A DNA stretch of 64,000 nucleotides from Felis catus (taxonomy: Eukaryota): contig NC_058368.1 in assembly GCF_018350175.1 (NCBI RefSeq), forward strand, positions 99,636,001 through 99,700,000, given 5' to 3'. The notes under the pieces were generated by a model. That model did no database searches, was not told where the DNA came from, and saw only the letters and a program-made list of their open reading frames with translations. Within the stretch, counting starts at the first letter, position 1; each line of letters starts with the position of its first letter. Shown piece after piece: positions 39,791-53,007 of the stretch. The translations under genes and the position numbers were made by a program.

Positions 39791-42332
39791 ACCAATTAAG
39801 GCAAAGAAAAAACAAATTGATACAGGAGTGTTACTCTCACATTAACAACAAGGAAAAGTCAAGTAATCTAAAACTTACAACTATTTTCTTTTCCATCAGA
39901 AAACTTAGGTCCTCAGACTACCAGGTATAATGAATTCCAAGGAGTAACAATCTCCTCTGAGGAAAGACAAAACACATGGACCTTTTTCCCCATGGACAAA
40001 CAGAGGAAGGAGAGAGACCAAAAAAAATGTAAAAAGAAAACTGAGGTTTTAATAAACTTTCAGGGGCTACGTGTGACTTAGTATAAAATAGTTTAGATTC
40101 TCTGAGATACCAGGTATAAAGGGATGTTTGTTTTTCACTACTCACTAGCTATTTTGCAAAGCTCTCAACTAGCATTAAGAGAAAAGATTACAGACATGGA
40201 AGAAAATTGAAAGTGGCACAGATATGCCAGGAGTGATGGCATGAGGCCGACAGACATGCATGAAACCAAGTTCCTTCTCTCCTGCCAATTGAAACTTGTC
40301 AGTCATTGGAGCAATGGACAAGAGAAAATTCCTCCTCCAGCTTAATCCCAAGCAAAATTGGCCCTGTGGTTGTGTAAAAGTAAAAGCAGGCTCATGCAGA
40401 GGGAGTGGGAGAAAATCCACTTGTTCTCATGATCCTAAGTAGATATAAAGTTAAAGACTGCTGTCATGGGGGAAGGGACAGGACACATGTTCTACTCTAT
40501 ACCTCCAACTAGTTCAAGGACACTATGAATAGGAGAGCAACAGAAATGCTGAAAAACATGACCACAGAGCTTTTGAAAACACAGATAACAACAAAGATTG
40601 ACATTTTATGAGAGAACTGAGAAACTCTGACCCTGCCATATACTTTGTACTAAGTACTCATCAAAAGTAGTGTGCCTAGAATAGGGACAAAAGGTATAGG
40701 GAGAAACTGGTGCTGTTCAACAGCCATAGCGGCCCTTTAGAAACTTAAGATCCAGTAAAAACCCCTGAGAAAAGACAGCCACAGAATGAGACAAAATATG
40801 TGCAAAACACATTTCTGATAAAGGAATTAAGTCCAAAGTATACAATAAATTCTTAAAACTGAAGAGTAATGGGGAAAAAAAGTTAAAAATGGGCAAAACT
40901 TCTGAATAAATACATCACCAAAGACAATATACAGATGGTAAATAAGCATATGAAAAGATGCTCAACATCATTTGGCGTTTAGGAATTGCAAATTCAAACA
41001 ATGAGATACCTCATTTGTTAGGATGGCTCAGATCCAATCAATAGGCGATACTAAATTCTGGCGAGTATGCAGAACAAGAGGAATTTTTATTCATTTATAG
41101 TGGAGATGCAAAATGGTACAAGAATTTTGCAAGAGACTTTGGTGGTCTCATACAAAGTTTAATATAGTTATCATATGACCCAACAATAGTGCTTTAGGTA
41201 TTTGCCCAGCTGATATGACAAGTTATGTGTATACCAGACCCTGCATGTAAATATTTACAGCAGTTTTGTTAATATTTGTCAAAAACTGGAAGCAGAAAAG
41301 ATGTCCTTCAATAGGTGAATAGATAACTGTTGTGCATCCATATGATGGAATATCATTCGGTGGTAAAAAGAAACGAGCTGTGAAATCATAAAAACAGATA
41401 GTGATATACATTTAAAGTTCACCTAAGTGAAAGAAGCCAGTGTGAAATAACTACATACTGTAGGATTCAAATTATATGGCATTCTGGAAAAGATCAGTGG
41501 TTGCTGGGGGGTTGGAATAAGTGAGGCAGGCTTGAATACATGTAGCACAGCTGAACTTTTAGGGTAACCTATTCTGTATGATACTTCAGCAGCTGATACA
41601 TGACATGAAATTATCAAGACAACACAGAGAGTAAACCTTAATGTGAACTACTTACGAAATAAAAATTGTTTATAATTCACTGGACCCCAGAAGGGAATGC
41701 AGACTGGGGCAACATATGAAATAAGTTCACCCAAGAAGGTGATTGGAGAAAACGTGCTAAGTAACTTTGGGATAAGCGGAGTCCGTAAATTTCACCAGAA
41801 GAAACCGGGGAAGGAGTGTAGTCTAGTTGATAAATTTCTGTCACATGGGGGTTGAAGTTAATAATTCTGAAAATGCTATATATGGATACTGGAAATGAAC
41901 AATTAAGTAAATGCATGGCAGATGGTGGAAGCCAGGTGTTTCATTGCTGGAGTGTGAATTTACAAATAAGCCAAAGAAGCAGACTAGAATGATCTAGGTG
42001 GTGATGGATTAAAGTGGCAGACATTGGTATAAACTCATGTTTAATATAGATATAGATGATGGCATCAAGAAACATTTATAGATATGTATTTATACATGGA
42101 TTCGTAAACCCACATTCCCTTGCTCTGTCGGAGGAGAGAACTTAAAAGCAAAGCCATGTAGGAGCAATGAGATCACCCAGTTCTTAAATTTTGTTTTCTA
42201 ATATGATTCTACAATAAAAGGGACCAAGACCCTTTGGAAAAATGTCTAATTCTAGGACTTGGGCAAGAAATTAACAGATGAGCTGGAAATAGTATTCAGT
42301 GCCAGGATTATGGAAGTGCTCAACACATGTGT

Positions 42333-42334
<2 letters not shown>

Positions 42335-42368
<34 letters not shown>
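42335..42368. repeat. (AC)17 microsatellite
   Basis: Direct count. Confidence 0.93.
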
Positions 42369-42371
<3 letters not shown>

Positions 42372-42977
42372 TGGAGATACATCAAAGAAATCCAGGAACC
42401 AACTGAAACATCCCCCAGGGGCCCATGCTGGAACACTGTGAGAAACAAACAACAAAAAAGAAATAGTAGCAAGTTATAATCCAGAGTATTAAATAAATAT
42501 CTATGAGGCTATACTGATATGAATGTAACTCCGCACTCCTTAACTGTGGGCTGCATATAGTACTCAGTTCAAAAGAATACAGTTCGGGAAGGGTAGGTAA
42601 TTTTACAGTGGAAAATGGCAAAGAATACATAATACAATGCTTAAGGTCAATATCAACTTTTGTAGATCATGTTGACAGTATGTAGCAAGGATATGATGAA
42701 AGTGGAATTTTAGGTCAATGGTTTTCCTTCCCAAAATGCACAATGCCAATCTAATCATGACAAAACAGACAAATTCCAACAAATAAACATACCACAAAAT
42801 ACCTGACCAGTACTCTGTCAAACTGTCAGTAACCTGAAAAACAAATAGAGTCTGAGAAACTCTCACGGCCAAAGGGAGTCTAAAGGGATCTAACAACTCA
42901 ATGTAATGTAGTCCTGGATGGGATCCTAGAACAGAAAAAAGACATTAGATAGCAAGTTTAAAAAGTGAATAAAGTAT

Positions 42978-43152
42978 GGGGGTGCCTGGATGGCTCAGCC
43001 AATTAAACCTCCAACTCCTGATTTCAGCTCAGGTCATGAACTCAGTTCTTGAGTTCAAGCCCCACATCAGGCTCCATGCTGTCAGCTTGGGATTCTCTCT
43101 CTCTGCCTTTCCTTCACTCACTCTCTCTCTCTCTCAAAATGAATAAACTGTT
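42978..43152 (+). mobile_element. Can-SINE
   Basis: TSD AAAAAGTGAA(T/G)AAAGTATGG. Confidence 0.93.
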
Positions 43153-43338
43153 AAAAAGTGAAGAAAGTATGGACTTTTACTACTACTAATAATACTGATT
43201 CATTAGTTGTATCAAAGAAATCATTCATGTTAGGTATAAATAAGAGGGGGGAATGGGGTGGAGGGTATATGAAACTGCTATCTAGGTCTTCCTTCCTCTG
43301 AAAATCTAAAACTATAATCAAAAATAAAGTTTATTTTG

Positions 43339-43565
43339 GGGGTGCCTGGGTGGCTCAATTGGTTAAGCATCCGACTGCGGCTCAGATCACAATCTTGCAG
43401 TTCATGGGTTCAAGCCGCACAATGGGCTTTGGGATAACAGCTCAGAGTCTGCAGCCTGCTTCAGATTCTGTGTCTCCCTCTCTCTCTGCCCCTTACCTGC
43501 TTGTGCTCTCTCTCTCTCTCTCTCTCTCTCAAAAATAAACAAGGGTTAAAAAATAATAATAAAAA
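43339..43565 (+). mobile_element. Can-SINE (copy A)
   Basis: Full SINE; TSD AAA(C)GTTTATTTTG. Confidence 0.95.
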
Positions 43566-43633
43566 ACGTTTATTTTGGGCCAGATACTAAAGTATAAAAG
43601 TAAATAGAAACAAAGATAAAAATAAACATTGTT

Positions 43634-43858
43634 GGAGCGCCTGGGTGGCTCAGTCGGTTGAGCATCCGACTTCAGCTCAGGTCACGATCTTGTGGCCCGC
43701 GAGTTCGAGCCCGGCGTCGGGCTCTGGGCTGATGGCTCAGAGCCTGGAGCCTGTTTCAGATTCTGTGTCTCCATCTCTCTCTGCCCCTTACCTGCTTGTG
43801 CTGTCTCTCTCTCTCTCTCTCAAAAATAAACAAGGGTTAAAAAATAATAATAAAAAAA
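43634..43858 (+). mobile_element. Chimeric Can-SINE (young 5' half plus copy-A 3' half)
   Basis: CpG-rich 5' half; the 3' half and following flank duplicate copy A. Confidence 0.92.
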
Positions 43859-43929
43859 CGTTTATTTTGGGCCAGATACCAAAGTATAAAAGTAAATAGA
43901 AACAAAGATAAAAATAAACATTTTTAGCA

Positions 43930-45310
43930 AAAAAAAAAAATGCTTACAGTATTCCTTTCAGTAAAGCTGTGATGCAATAAATACGAAAAGTAGTTTTCCA
44001 TGTAAAAATGACATGACACACAGTGGAAATTTGTGTTCATACAAAGAAACAGTAAAATGGAAACGGTGAAATGACACAAATGTAGGTATTTTTCTTGTAT
44101 ACTTTCTGAAAGTAAAAGTCCAAAATGTACATAGTAACATAGCATTGTGAAATTTATAACACATAATATAGTAAAATGTATCATAACAAAAGCTGAAAGA
44201 ATGGGAAGAGAAAAATACAAGTGTTTGAACATTCTTACACTATATATAAAATAGAATATTATTTGTAGACAAATTCTGATAGAGGAAAATACATTGCAAT
44301 CCAGGCCTATCTCAAGAAACAAGAAAAATCTCAAAGATGTACAGTGTAACCTTTCACACAACTTTTAAAACTTAAAACTCAGAAGTTTGCCTAACGAATC
44401 AATATTGGAAACATACTCGAATCATAAAACTACTCAGGGTCCCCAAAAAAGACATGAAACTATTTGAAAACACAAAGATAGAGGAGACAAAACAGGAAGT
44501 AAAAATCAAGATGTTAAGTTAGAAGTCAACCACACAAGAAAACTGCATTAGTAATAAATAGCCTAAATTGTTCTATTAAAGGAATAGATTGTCAGATTCT
44601 ATTTAAAAAGGTTAAACATAAAAATAAAAGAGAAACAAGCAAAGCTACTATCATCCTTAAAATTTTCAAAACTACTCTCTTGATCTAGTTGACATTTCAA
44701 GAACATCGCACCCAAAAAGAGCAGAATACACTTTCAAGTATATTCTTGAAGGGAATGTTCACCAAGGGATATTCACCAAGACAAAACATTAATTCTTGAT
44801 AAAATCATAAAGATAGAAGAATGTGTACTCTGACGACAATGAAAAAAAATTGGAATCGATACCAGTATATTTCAGAGTTTTTTCAGATATCACTTAGAAA
44901 TTAAACAACGCACATAAGTAACTCATGGGTCAAAGAAAGGTTCATAAAAGATATTAGGAAATGTCTTAACAAGAATGAATAAAGACACCATAATCAAAAT
45001 TTATGTGTTTTAGTGCTAAAACAGTGCTTAGAGTAATATTTACATCATTAAATACTCGTAACAGGAATAAAGGTGTCAAATCAATTTTCCAAACCTCTAC
45101 CAGAAAGAGCTAGAAAGAGAAATAAAGTTCAAATAAGCAGAAAAGAGTAATAATGACAAAAGCAAATTCAATGAAATTGGAAACAGAAAGTAATAATAAT
45201 AAATCAATAAAACCAAGAATTACTTTATAAAAAATCAATAAAATTCATTGAACTTTAACTGATCAAGAAAAAAAACCTCACACACAAAGTACAACTATCA
45301 AGAATGAGTA
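43930..45310 (+). mobile_element. Old L1M inter-ORF/ORF2 N-terminal remnant
   Basis: GAACATCGCACCCAAAAAGAGCAGAATACAC, TAACTCATGGGTCAAAGAA, AAAACAGTGCTTAGAG. Confidence 0.7.
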
Positions 45311-46684
45311 GGGGAGTAATGTCAGCTTTATCGTGGCATGAGGCATGCCTTTCCCTCTCCCTTTGATTTATAACTAATTGGATACTCATAATCAAAACTA
45401 ACTGCCTTTACACACTACACCAAGACTTCCAAGAGTTTCTACACACCTGTGTATCCAAAAGTGGGCAGACAGGACTTTGGCGAGAGCACGTAGCCAAGTT
45501 AGTGAGCTTGCTTACCCCCAAACTCACTGCGATCTGGAAAAGGGCAACTGGGAGAGTGCAGGACTGGGCAGATACCCATGGGTATGGAGCATCTGTGGAG
45601 ATCCAGCCTGTCTATTAGAGGAATCCAGCAGGCCATCTGAGCATGAAAGAGATGAGTTTTGAGACAGCGGAGATGGACCAACATGCCAAGTCATTCCCCC
45701 TCTCCAGAGTGACAATGCAAGGTGTTGAGCTTCTAGTGGCATCTGAGGTGATCACTCTGGCAGAGGAGGCAAAAAGCCAAAGTGGTGAGTAACCACCCAG
45801 CCGTCTCAGATGTTCAGGTTGCAAGTGCAGGGGCCCCCTTCTTCCAGTAGCATCTCGATTTCTGAGGTGGGACCACTGTGACTTAGAAGACACAGAAGAA
45901 AGAAAAAGACAGACAAGACTATCAAAGGGAACAAATTTCTGTCTCACTGCTATGGGTCCATGATGGACCTCTGGAAGTGCCCACTTTGGAAGATCCCCTT
46001 ACAGGGCTGTAATCAGCCCCCTCCGCCCCCCCCCCCCAGAGCTCCAGGTACTAAGCCCACATTTCCCCTAATCTGTTGCCAAGAGATCCAGCTCTAGCAG
46101 GAAAAACCACAAATTTGAGCTATAGCACCACCTTCTGGAATACAAAAGAAAGATATCCAATAACCAATCTGCTGAACTTTAAGAAACAAAGTAAACAAAT
46201 TTTTAGCAAAGGAAGTTGACTGCTGCTTCAAATGTGACAAAAGCACATGTCATCAAACACTATAAAATAATCAAGTAATTATGATATCACAAAAGAAAAT
46301 TCTAATTCTCCAGCACCTAAAGTCAAAGGCACAGAATACTGCAATCTGATAAAGCATTCAGAACAGTACTTATAAAGAAATCAACCAACTTCAAGAAAAC
46401 TCAGAAATTAACTCAATAATTAACTCAATTAACTCAATAATAACTCAATCAATTAACTCAGTAATAAAATTAATGAACATAAGGGGTTCTTTGCCAAAGA
46501 AATTGAAATTATAAAAAAAAGAACCAAATTCGAGAGCTTAAGAAATCAATGAACGAGATAAAGAATAGAGAACATAGCTAACAGAGCAAACCAGATGTAT
46601 AGAGAAGAAGGGACTTGGAGAACAGAAATATAGGAAAATTCAGTTAAAGGAGAATATAGAATTATAATTTTTAAAAAGCAAAGA

Positions 46685-46885
46685 GGGGCGCCTGGGTGGC
46701 CTACTCGATTAAGCGTCCAACTTCAGCTCAGGTCATGATCTAGTGGTTGGTGAGTTCCAGCCCCCTGTGGGACTCAGTGCTGATGGTTCAGAACCTGGAG
46801 CCTGCTTCAGTTCCATGTCTCCCTTTCTCTCTGCTCCTCCCCTTGCTGTGCTCTGTCTCTCAAAAATAAATAAACACTAAAAAAA
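46685..46885 (+). mobile_element. Can-SINE in L1 ORF1
   Basis: TSD TTTTAAAAAGCAAAGA. Confidence 0.95.
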
Positions 46886-47917
46886 TTTTAAAAAGCAAAG
46901 AACTCTGATGAGAGTTATCAGATTTGATCAGAAGCAAATATAAGAACAAATGTGTAACAGAAGAAGAAAGGGAGAAAGGTGAAGAGAGTTTACTTCAATA
47001 GTAGCAGAACTTCCCAAATCTGGGGTAGGCATCAAACACCAAAGTCCGTACTGCTAAAAGAACACCCTATCATCTCAAAGCAAAACAAAAACAAAACAAA
47101 AGCTTTCTCCCAGACACATTATAACAAAACTCAAAAACCAATGATAAAAACTTCTTAATGGCAGCCACGGGGGTAAAAAGTAACATACAAAGGAACCGCC
47201 ATTAGCCCTGATGTGGATTTCTCAGCAGCAAGTCTTTAATCCAGGAGAAGGTAGAAGGGCATATTCAAAATTTATCTGGTAAAGGTGTCCTTCTGATAGG
47301 AAGGAGAAATAAAGGTTTTCCCAAACAAAAATTGAGGGAGTTCACTACCACTAGACCTGCCTTGCAAAAAATACTTCAAAGAGTTCTTCAAGCAGAAATT
47401 TTAAGAAATGGTCACCAATGAATTGAGAAACATGTAAAAGTACACAACACTATGGTAGAAAACTGTAACTGTATATTATTATGATCTATTAACCAATTAA
47501 ACTAGGCAAAAAGGTTAAAGGAAAAGAGCATTACAAACAACTATAACTACTATAATTTGTTAATGAAACTGATCAGTTGTGACATCACGAATACAAAAGG
47601 GGAGGAATAAAAAGGTGGAGCATTTACAGGCAAACAAAGAGAAGCTGCATCAACATTAAACGGACTATTTTATCTGTGAGATGTTTCATGTAAGCCTCAT
47701 GGTAGCCACAAGCAAAACTCCAGAGTAGACTCAGGAAACATAAAAAAGGAACGAAGAGATTGGTCACATTACCATGGAAAACCACCAATTTACAAAGGTA
47801 AGCAGAAACAGAGCGGGGGGGGGGGGGGGCGGGGAGGAGTAGATGTACAAGACAATTAGAAGGCAAACAATACTACAGTAGTGGTAAGCCCTTATGTATC
47901 AACCATCACTCAAAATG

Positions 47918-48135
47918 ACCCATATACACTAAACAACAAGTTGGAGGTTGCCAGCGGGGAGGAGGATGGGCAAAATGGATACAGGAGAATGGGAGATACA
48001 GACTTCCAGCGATAGAATAAATAGTCACAGAAATAAAAGTCCCAGCATAGGGAATACCATAAATGATATCATAGTAACATTGCACGGTGACAGAGGGTAG
48101 CTACACTTGCTGTGAGCATAGCAAAATACCATAAT
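47918..48135 (+). mobile_element. Carnivore L1 3'UTR fragment inside ORF2 start of host L1
   Basis: GGAGGTTGCCAGCGGGGAGG...GGTGACAGAGGGTAGCTACACTTGCTGTGAGCATAG, homologous to 6900-7100. Confidence 0.8.
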
Positions 48136-49858
48136 GTAAGAGAAGCAATATATATGCACCCACTATTAGATCCTCTAAATATTTTAAGCAAATGCTGACA
48201 TATTTGAAAGGGGACACAAATAGCAATCCTGGTAAGTCACTTAAATATCCCATTATCAGCAATGACAGGCCAGTGAGATAGAAATCAATTTTAAGCCTGG
48301 AATTAAACTCTGCTTTAAACCAAATGGACTTCGTCATAGATACAACATTCCACCCAACATCAACAAAGTCCACATTCTTCTCAAATCCTCGTGAAACATT
48401 ATCTAGGAAAGATCATATGATAGGACACAAAACAAATATTAGCAAATTTAAGAAAACTCAAATCATACCAACTATCTTTTCTGACCAGAATGGTATAAAG
48501 GTAGAAATAAATAGGAAAAAAACTGGAAAATCTACAAATAGGTAGAAACTAAGTAAGACACTTCTGCACAATCAACTGGTCAAAAAAAATCAAAAGGGAA
48601 AATTTAAAAATACCAAAAAACACATGAAAATAAAAATAATAGCAAATGTTAAGCATTGGGGCAAGAGCAGTTCTGAGAAGAAAGTTTATAGCAATAAATA
48701 CATATATTAGGAAATTTAAAAGACCTCTAGTAAACAACCCAAGGAACATCTCAAGGAACTAAGAAAAGAACACATTGACCCAAAGCTAGCAAAAGGAAGA
48801 AATAATAAAGATGAGAATAAAAATAAATAAATCTAAAAAGCAACAGACAAAATAAGACTACAATCTGGCTTTTCATAAAGATATAGAAAATTACCTATGT
48901 TAATAAGAAAAAGAGAAGGATCAAAATAAGAATAAGAAGAAAATAATAATAAGTAAACGTTCCCACTGATACTACAGAAATACATAGAAGAAACTACTAT
49001 GAACTATTATATGTTAACTCAATAGCCCAGAAAAAATAGATACATTTCTAGACACACAACCTACCAAGACTGAATCAGAAAGCAATAAAAAATATGAACA
49101 GACCAATAACAAATAAAGAGAATGAATCAATAATAAAAAATCTCACAACATAGAAAAACCCAGGACTAGACAGCTTCACTGATGAAACCTAACAAACATT
49201 AAAAGAAGAGTGAATTCCAGTCCTTAAACTCTTCCAAAGACTTGAATAGGGGTCAATACTTCCTAACTCATTCTATGAGGCAAGCATTACTCTTATACCC
49301 AAATAAGGACACTACAAAAAAGAAAACTGACCAGTATCCTTGATAAATATAGATGTAAAAATTCTCAAGAAAATACTGGCATACCAAATTCAAGACATAA
49401 TTAAGGGATTATACCAGGTCCAAACGGGATTTATCCTTGAGTTGCAAGGTTAGTTCAGCATATTATTAATTAATAAATGTAATACATTGCATTAACGGAA
49501 TAAAATATAAAACTCACATGATCATCTCAATAGCTCCAGAAAAAACTTTTAACAAGATACAATATCCTCTGATTTAAAAAAAAATTCAACAGACTGGATA
49601 TTAAAAGATGTATTTCAACAAATCAAAGACCTCATATGACAAATTCACAGCTAACATACTCAACAGAAAATAGTTTTTTCTCTAAGATCAAGAACAAGAC
49701 AACAAAACCTACTCAATCTCAGTACTAGAAGTCCTAGTGAGAGCAATGAGGCAAAACAAAAAAATAAAAAGCAAACCAATTAGAGGGGAAAGAGTAATAT
49801 TGTCAGTATTTGCAAACAGTATGATTTGGTACACAGAAAATCCCAAATATTCAAAGAA

Positions 49859-50068
49859 ATTTTTTTAATGTTTACTTTAGAGAGCACACATTCTCGTTCA
49901 AGAAAGCAGGGGAGAGGCAGAGAGCAAGGGAGACACAGAATCCCAAGCAGGCCCCAAGCTCCTAGCTGTTTGCACAGAGCCTGATGCAGGGCTCGAACCC
50001 ACGCACCTCAAGATCATGACCTGAACCGAAGTCAGATACTCAACCAACTGAGTCATCTAGGCGACCCA
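49859..50068 (-). mobile_element. Can-SINE in L1
   Basis: TSD CAGAAAATCCCAAATATT. Confidence 0.94.
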
Positions 50069-51088
50069 GAAAATCCCAAATATTTAATGAAAAAACTGCT
50101 GCCACTAATAAACAATTTTAGTTAAGTTTCAGGATATAAAGTTAACATATAGAGACCACTTGCATTCCTGTACACTGATAATCAAACACCTGAAAGAGAA
50201 ACTAAGAAAACTATCCCATTCACAATAGCATCAATACAATACTTGGGAGTAAGTTCAACCAAGGGAGTTAAATTCTGTGCAATGAAAACTAAAAGACTTT
50301 GCTAAAAAAATCTGGAAAAGTCACAAACATATTCATGGATGGAAAAAATTAATGTTAAAATGTCCATACTACCCAAAGCTGTGTGTAGATTCAATGCAAT
50401 CCCCATCAAAATAACAATGACATTCCTCAAAGAAGTAAAAAAACAAGCCATCTTCAAATTAGTATGGAATCAAAAATGATCCCAAAGCAATCCTGAGGAA
50501 AAAGAACCAATCTGAAAGTATGGCACTTATTAATTTCTGACTATACTACTTTAGTAATGCAAACAATATGGCACTGGCATAAAAATAATCACAAAGACGA
50601 ATTAAACAGACATATACGGTCAACAATTATTTGACAAAGGAACACACAACACCATACAGGAAAAGACAGTCCCTTCAACAAATGATGTTGGGGAAAACAA
50701 GATAAATATACAAAGAATAATGAAACCAAATCCCTGTCTTATAGTACTCACAAAAATTAACTCAAAAAGGATCAAAAACTTAAACATGAAACCCTATACC
50801 ACAAAACTCCTAGAAGAAATCTTAGAAAAACTCAACATTGGTCTTCACAATGATTTTCTGGATATGACACCAAAAGCAAAACAAAAACAAGTATCAACAA
50901 ATGAGATAACATCAAAATTAAAATCTGCTGCACAGCAAAAGAAACAATTAAAACAAGAAGGCAATCTACAAAACAGGAAACAGTTTTCAAACACGCTATG
51001 TCAAATAAGTGGTTCATATCCACGATATAGAGAATTCATAAAACTCAATAACAACAAAAAATAATAATCTGATTAAAAATGGCCAGAT

Positions 51089-51292
51089 GGTGGTGCCTGG
51101 TGACTCAGGAGGTTAAGTGGCTGACTCTTGGTTTTGGCTCAGGTTATGATACCACAATTTGTGAGTTCAAGACCCACATCAGGCTCTCTGCTATCAGCAC
51201 AGAGCCTGCTTCAGATCCTATGTTCCCTGCCTTTCTCTGCCCCTCCCCCACTCATTCTCTCTCTCTAAAATAAACACTTTGAAAAATCTTTT
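51089..51292 (+). mobile_element. Can-SINE in L1
   Basis: TSD AAAAATGGCC(A/C)GA. Confidence 0.93.
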
Positions 51293-52069
51293 AAAAAATG
51301 GCCCGAAGTAAACACACATTTTCCCAAAGAAGACCTCCAACTAGCCAACAGAAATTTGAAAAATTGGTTAAAAAAATAATGGCCTTTATTTTTTTTCCAA
51401 TAGCTCATCAAAGTGGGAAGATATTCAACTAACTTCTGAAGCAAGGAGCCAGTTTGAATTATATTACCATATATTTCTTTCAGAAATACACCATATTATA
51501 ATCCTCTGCCAAATACTCCCAGAAAATACTTACACTTTCTAACTTTTCTGTTTGGGCAAATGTCTTTTCTGTTTGTTATACTTTCCGGGCATTAACAAAG
51601 TTAACAATTATCTTTTGATTCTCTACAGGTGTTTTGTAGGGGCAAGGGGTCCTTTCTGGGGAAAGCAGTAGCTTTCCAGTCAAAAACTGTTTTCCACTAG
51701 AAAACCATTTTGGACGCTACTGGCAGTGGAAACCATTCTCTTTGCACTTGGAATGGTATTTATGTGATTTTTTCCCCCTTATCTTCATGCCTATTTCTGT
51801 CGATCTTTCAAATTACTAAAAGTCATTCCAGAATTTCTTAAATTCTTATTTGTAATAATTGTGTTATGTAAGCTTCAATACTTTCCTACTGCTATAGAAG
51901 AAAAATGCATACTCCTTGTGTAGAATCCTCAGATTAAGCTGAGAGTTTTAAGTGGGTCTACAAACATTCTCTACTTATTCTATCTAGTTTTCTCTATTCT
52001 TCATTATTCAGATTTTAGATATGCTTATCAATTTTAAAACAGTAATCGGTGATTAATAAATTCATTTAA

Positions 52070-52795
52070 CTCTTTTTCATTTTTATTGAACTTATTAGAC
52101 ATATAGCATTGTATAAATTTGAGGTATATTACAGGTTATTTTGATAAAAGTATATATTGTAACAATTGTGGTTATAGCAATATTTAGCACCTCAACCACA
52201 TTGTGTAATTGTAATAGAATATTTTAGTCCATACTATAATGTGCAGTAAGTCTCTATGATGTACTACTCATTACAAGTTTGTACCATTAAACAACATCAA
52301 TTTAATCACCTCAGCCCCCATCCCCAAGTAATCACAATTTCACTGTTTTTCAGGAGTTTATTCTTTTTTAGATTCCGAATATGAGATGATCCAGTCCTTG
52401 TCTTTCTGTGCCTGACTTGTCTTACTTGGCATAATTCCTGCAAAGTCCATGAGTGTTCTCATAAATGGTACCCCTTCTTATGGCTGAATAATATTCCCAT
52501 TTATACATATACCCCATCTTTTTATTCATTCATTGATGGACATTTTGATAGTTTTCCTATATGGGCTATTATAAACAATGCCATAATAAACACGAGACTA
52601 TGTTTGACTTCCAAAGTCTTTTTAAATTTCGTCTAGGTATACACTCATAACTGGAAATTGGGGTATCATATGATAAATACATTTAAATTTCTTGAGGAAA
52701 TTCCCTATCATTCTCCTAGTGGTTGTACCAAACTATATCTCGCTGTACTTTTCATTTGCATTTCCCTCATGCTTAGTGATGTTGCATATCTTTAC
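52070..52795 (-). mobile_element. L1 3' end (L1MA/carnivore type)
   Basis: TTATGGCTGAATAATATTCC, TTTATTCATTCATTGATGGACAT, TTTGCATTTCCCTCATG. Confidence 0.85.
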
Positions 52796-52796
52796 A

Positions 52797-53007
52797 TTTT
52801 TAATGTTTATTTGAGAAAGAGAAAGAGAGAGAAAGAGAGAGAGAGAGAGCGAGCACACACAGGTGGCGAGGGGGGAGAGAATCCCAAGCAGGCTCCCCAC
52901 TGTCAGCATAGAGCTCAATGTGGGGTTTGATCTCATGATTATTAGATCATGACCTAAGCAGAAATCAAGAGTATGACCCTTAACTGACTGAGCCACGCAG
53001 GTGTCCC
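52797..53007 (-). mobile_element. Can-SINE
   Basis: (GA)n and SINE body. Confidence 0.93.

Larger units (their letters stand above)
38790..43330 (+). mobile_element. L1MC3-like element: 5'UTR (38790-40760, split) joined to the ORF2 end and long 3'UTR
   Basis: 5' TTCTGCTTTCTTGTAGGATGTAGAAA continues at ~39825; 3'UTR GGTGATGGATTAAAGTGGCAGACATTGGTATAAACTCATGTTT. Confidence 0.7.
45311..51360 (+). mobile_element. Decayed LINE-1 with 5'UTR, ORF1 and ORF2 remnants; 3' end missing
   Basis: GGGGAGTAATGTCAGC 5' start; ORF1 motifs GAACTTCCCAAATCTGGGG and CACTAGACCTGCCTTGCAA; ORF2 CCAGGACTAGACAGCTTCACTGATGAA. Confidence 0.88.

Noticed and set aside
47813..47840. G/C homopolymer tracts here and at ~12093, ~20105 and ~46016 as G-quadruplex elements
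   Set aside because: Simple homopolymer expansions, some inside L1; no evidence of function
51611..51760. Plus-strand acceptor TCTTTTGATTCTCTACAG and donor ATG|GTATTT
   Set aside because: All three frames are closed and the donor is weak
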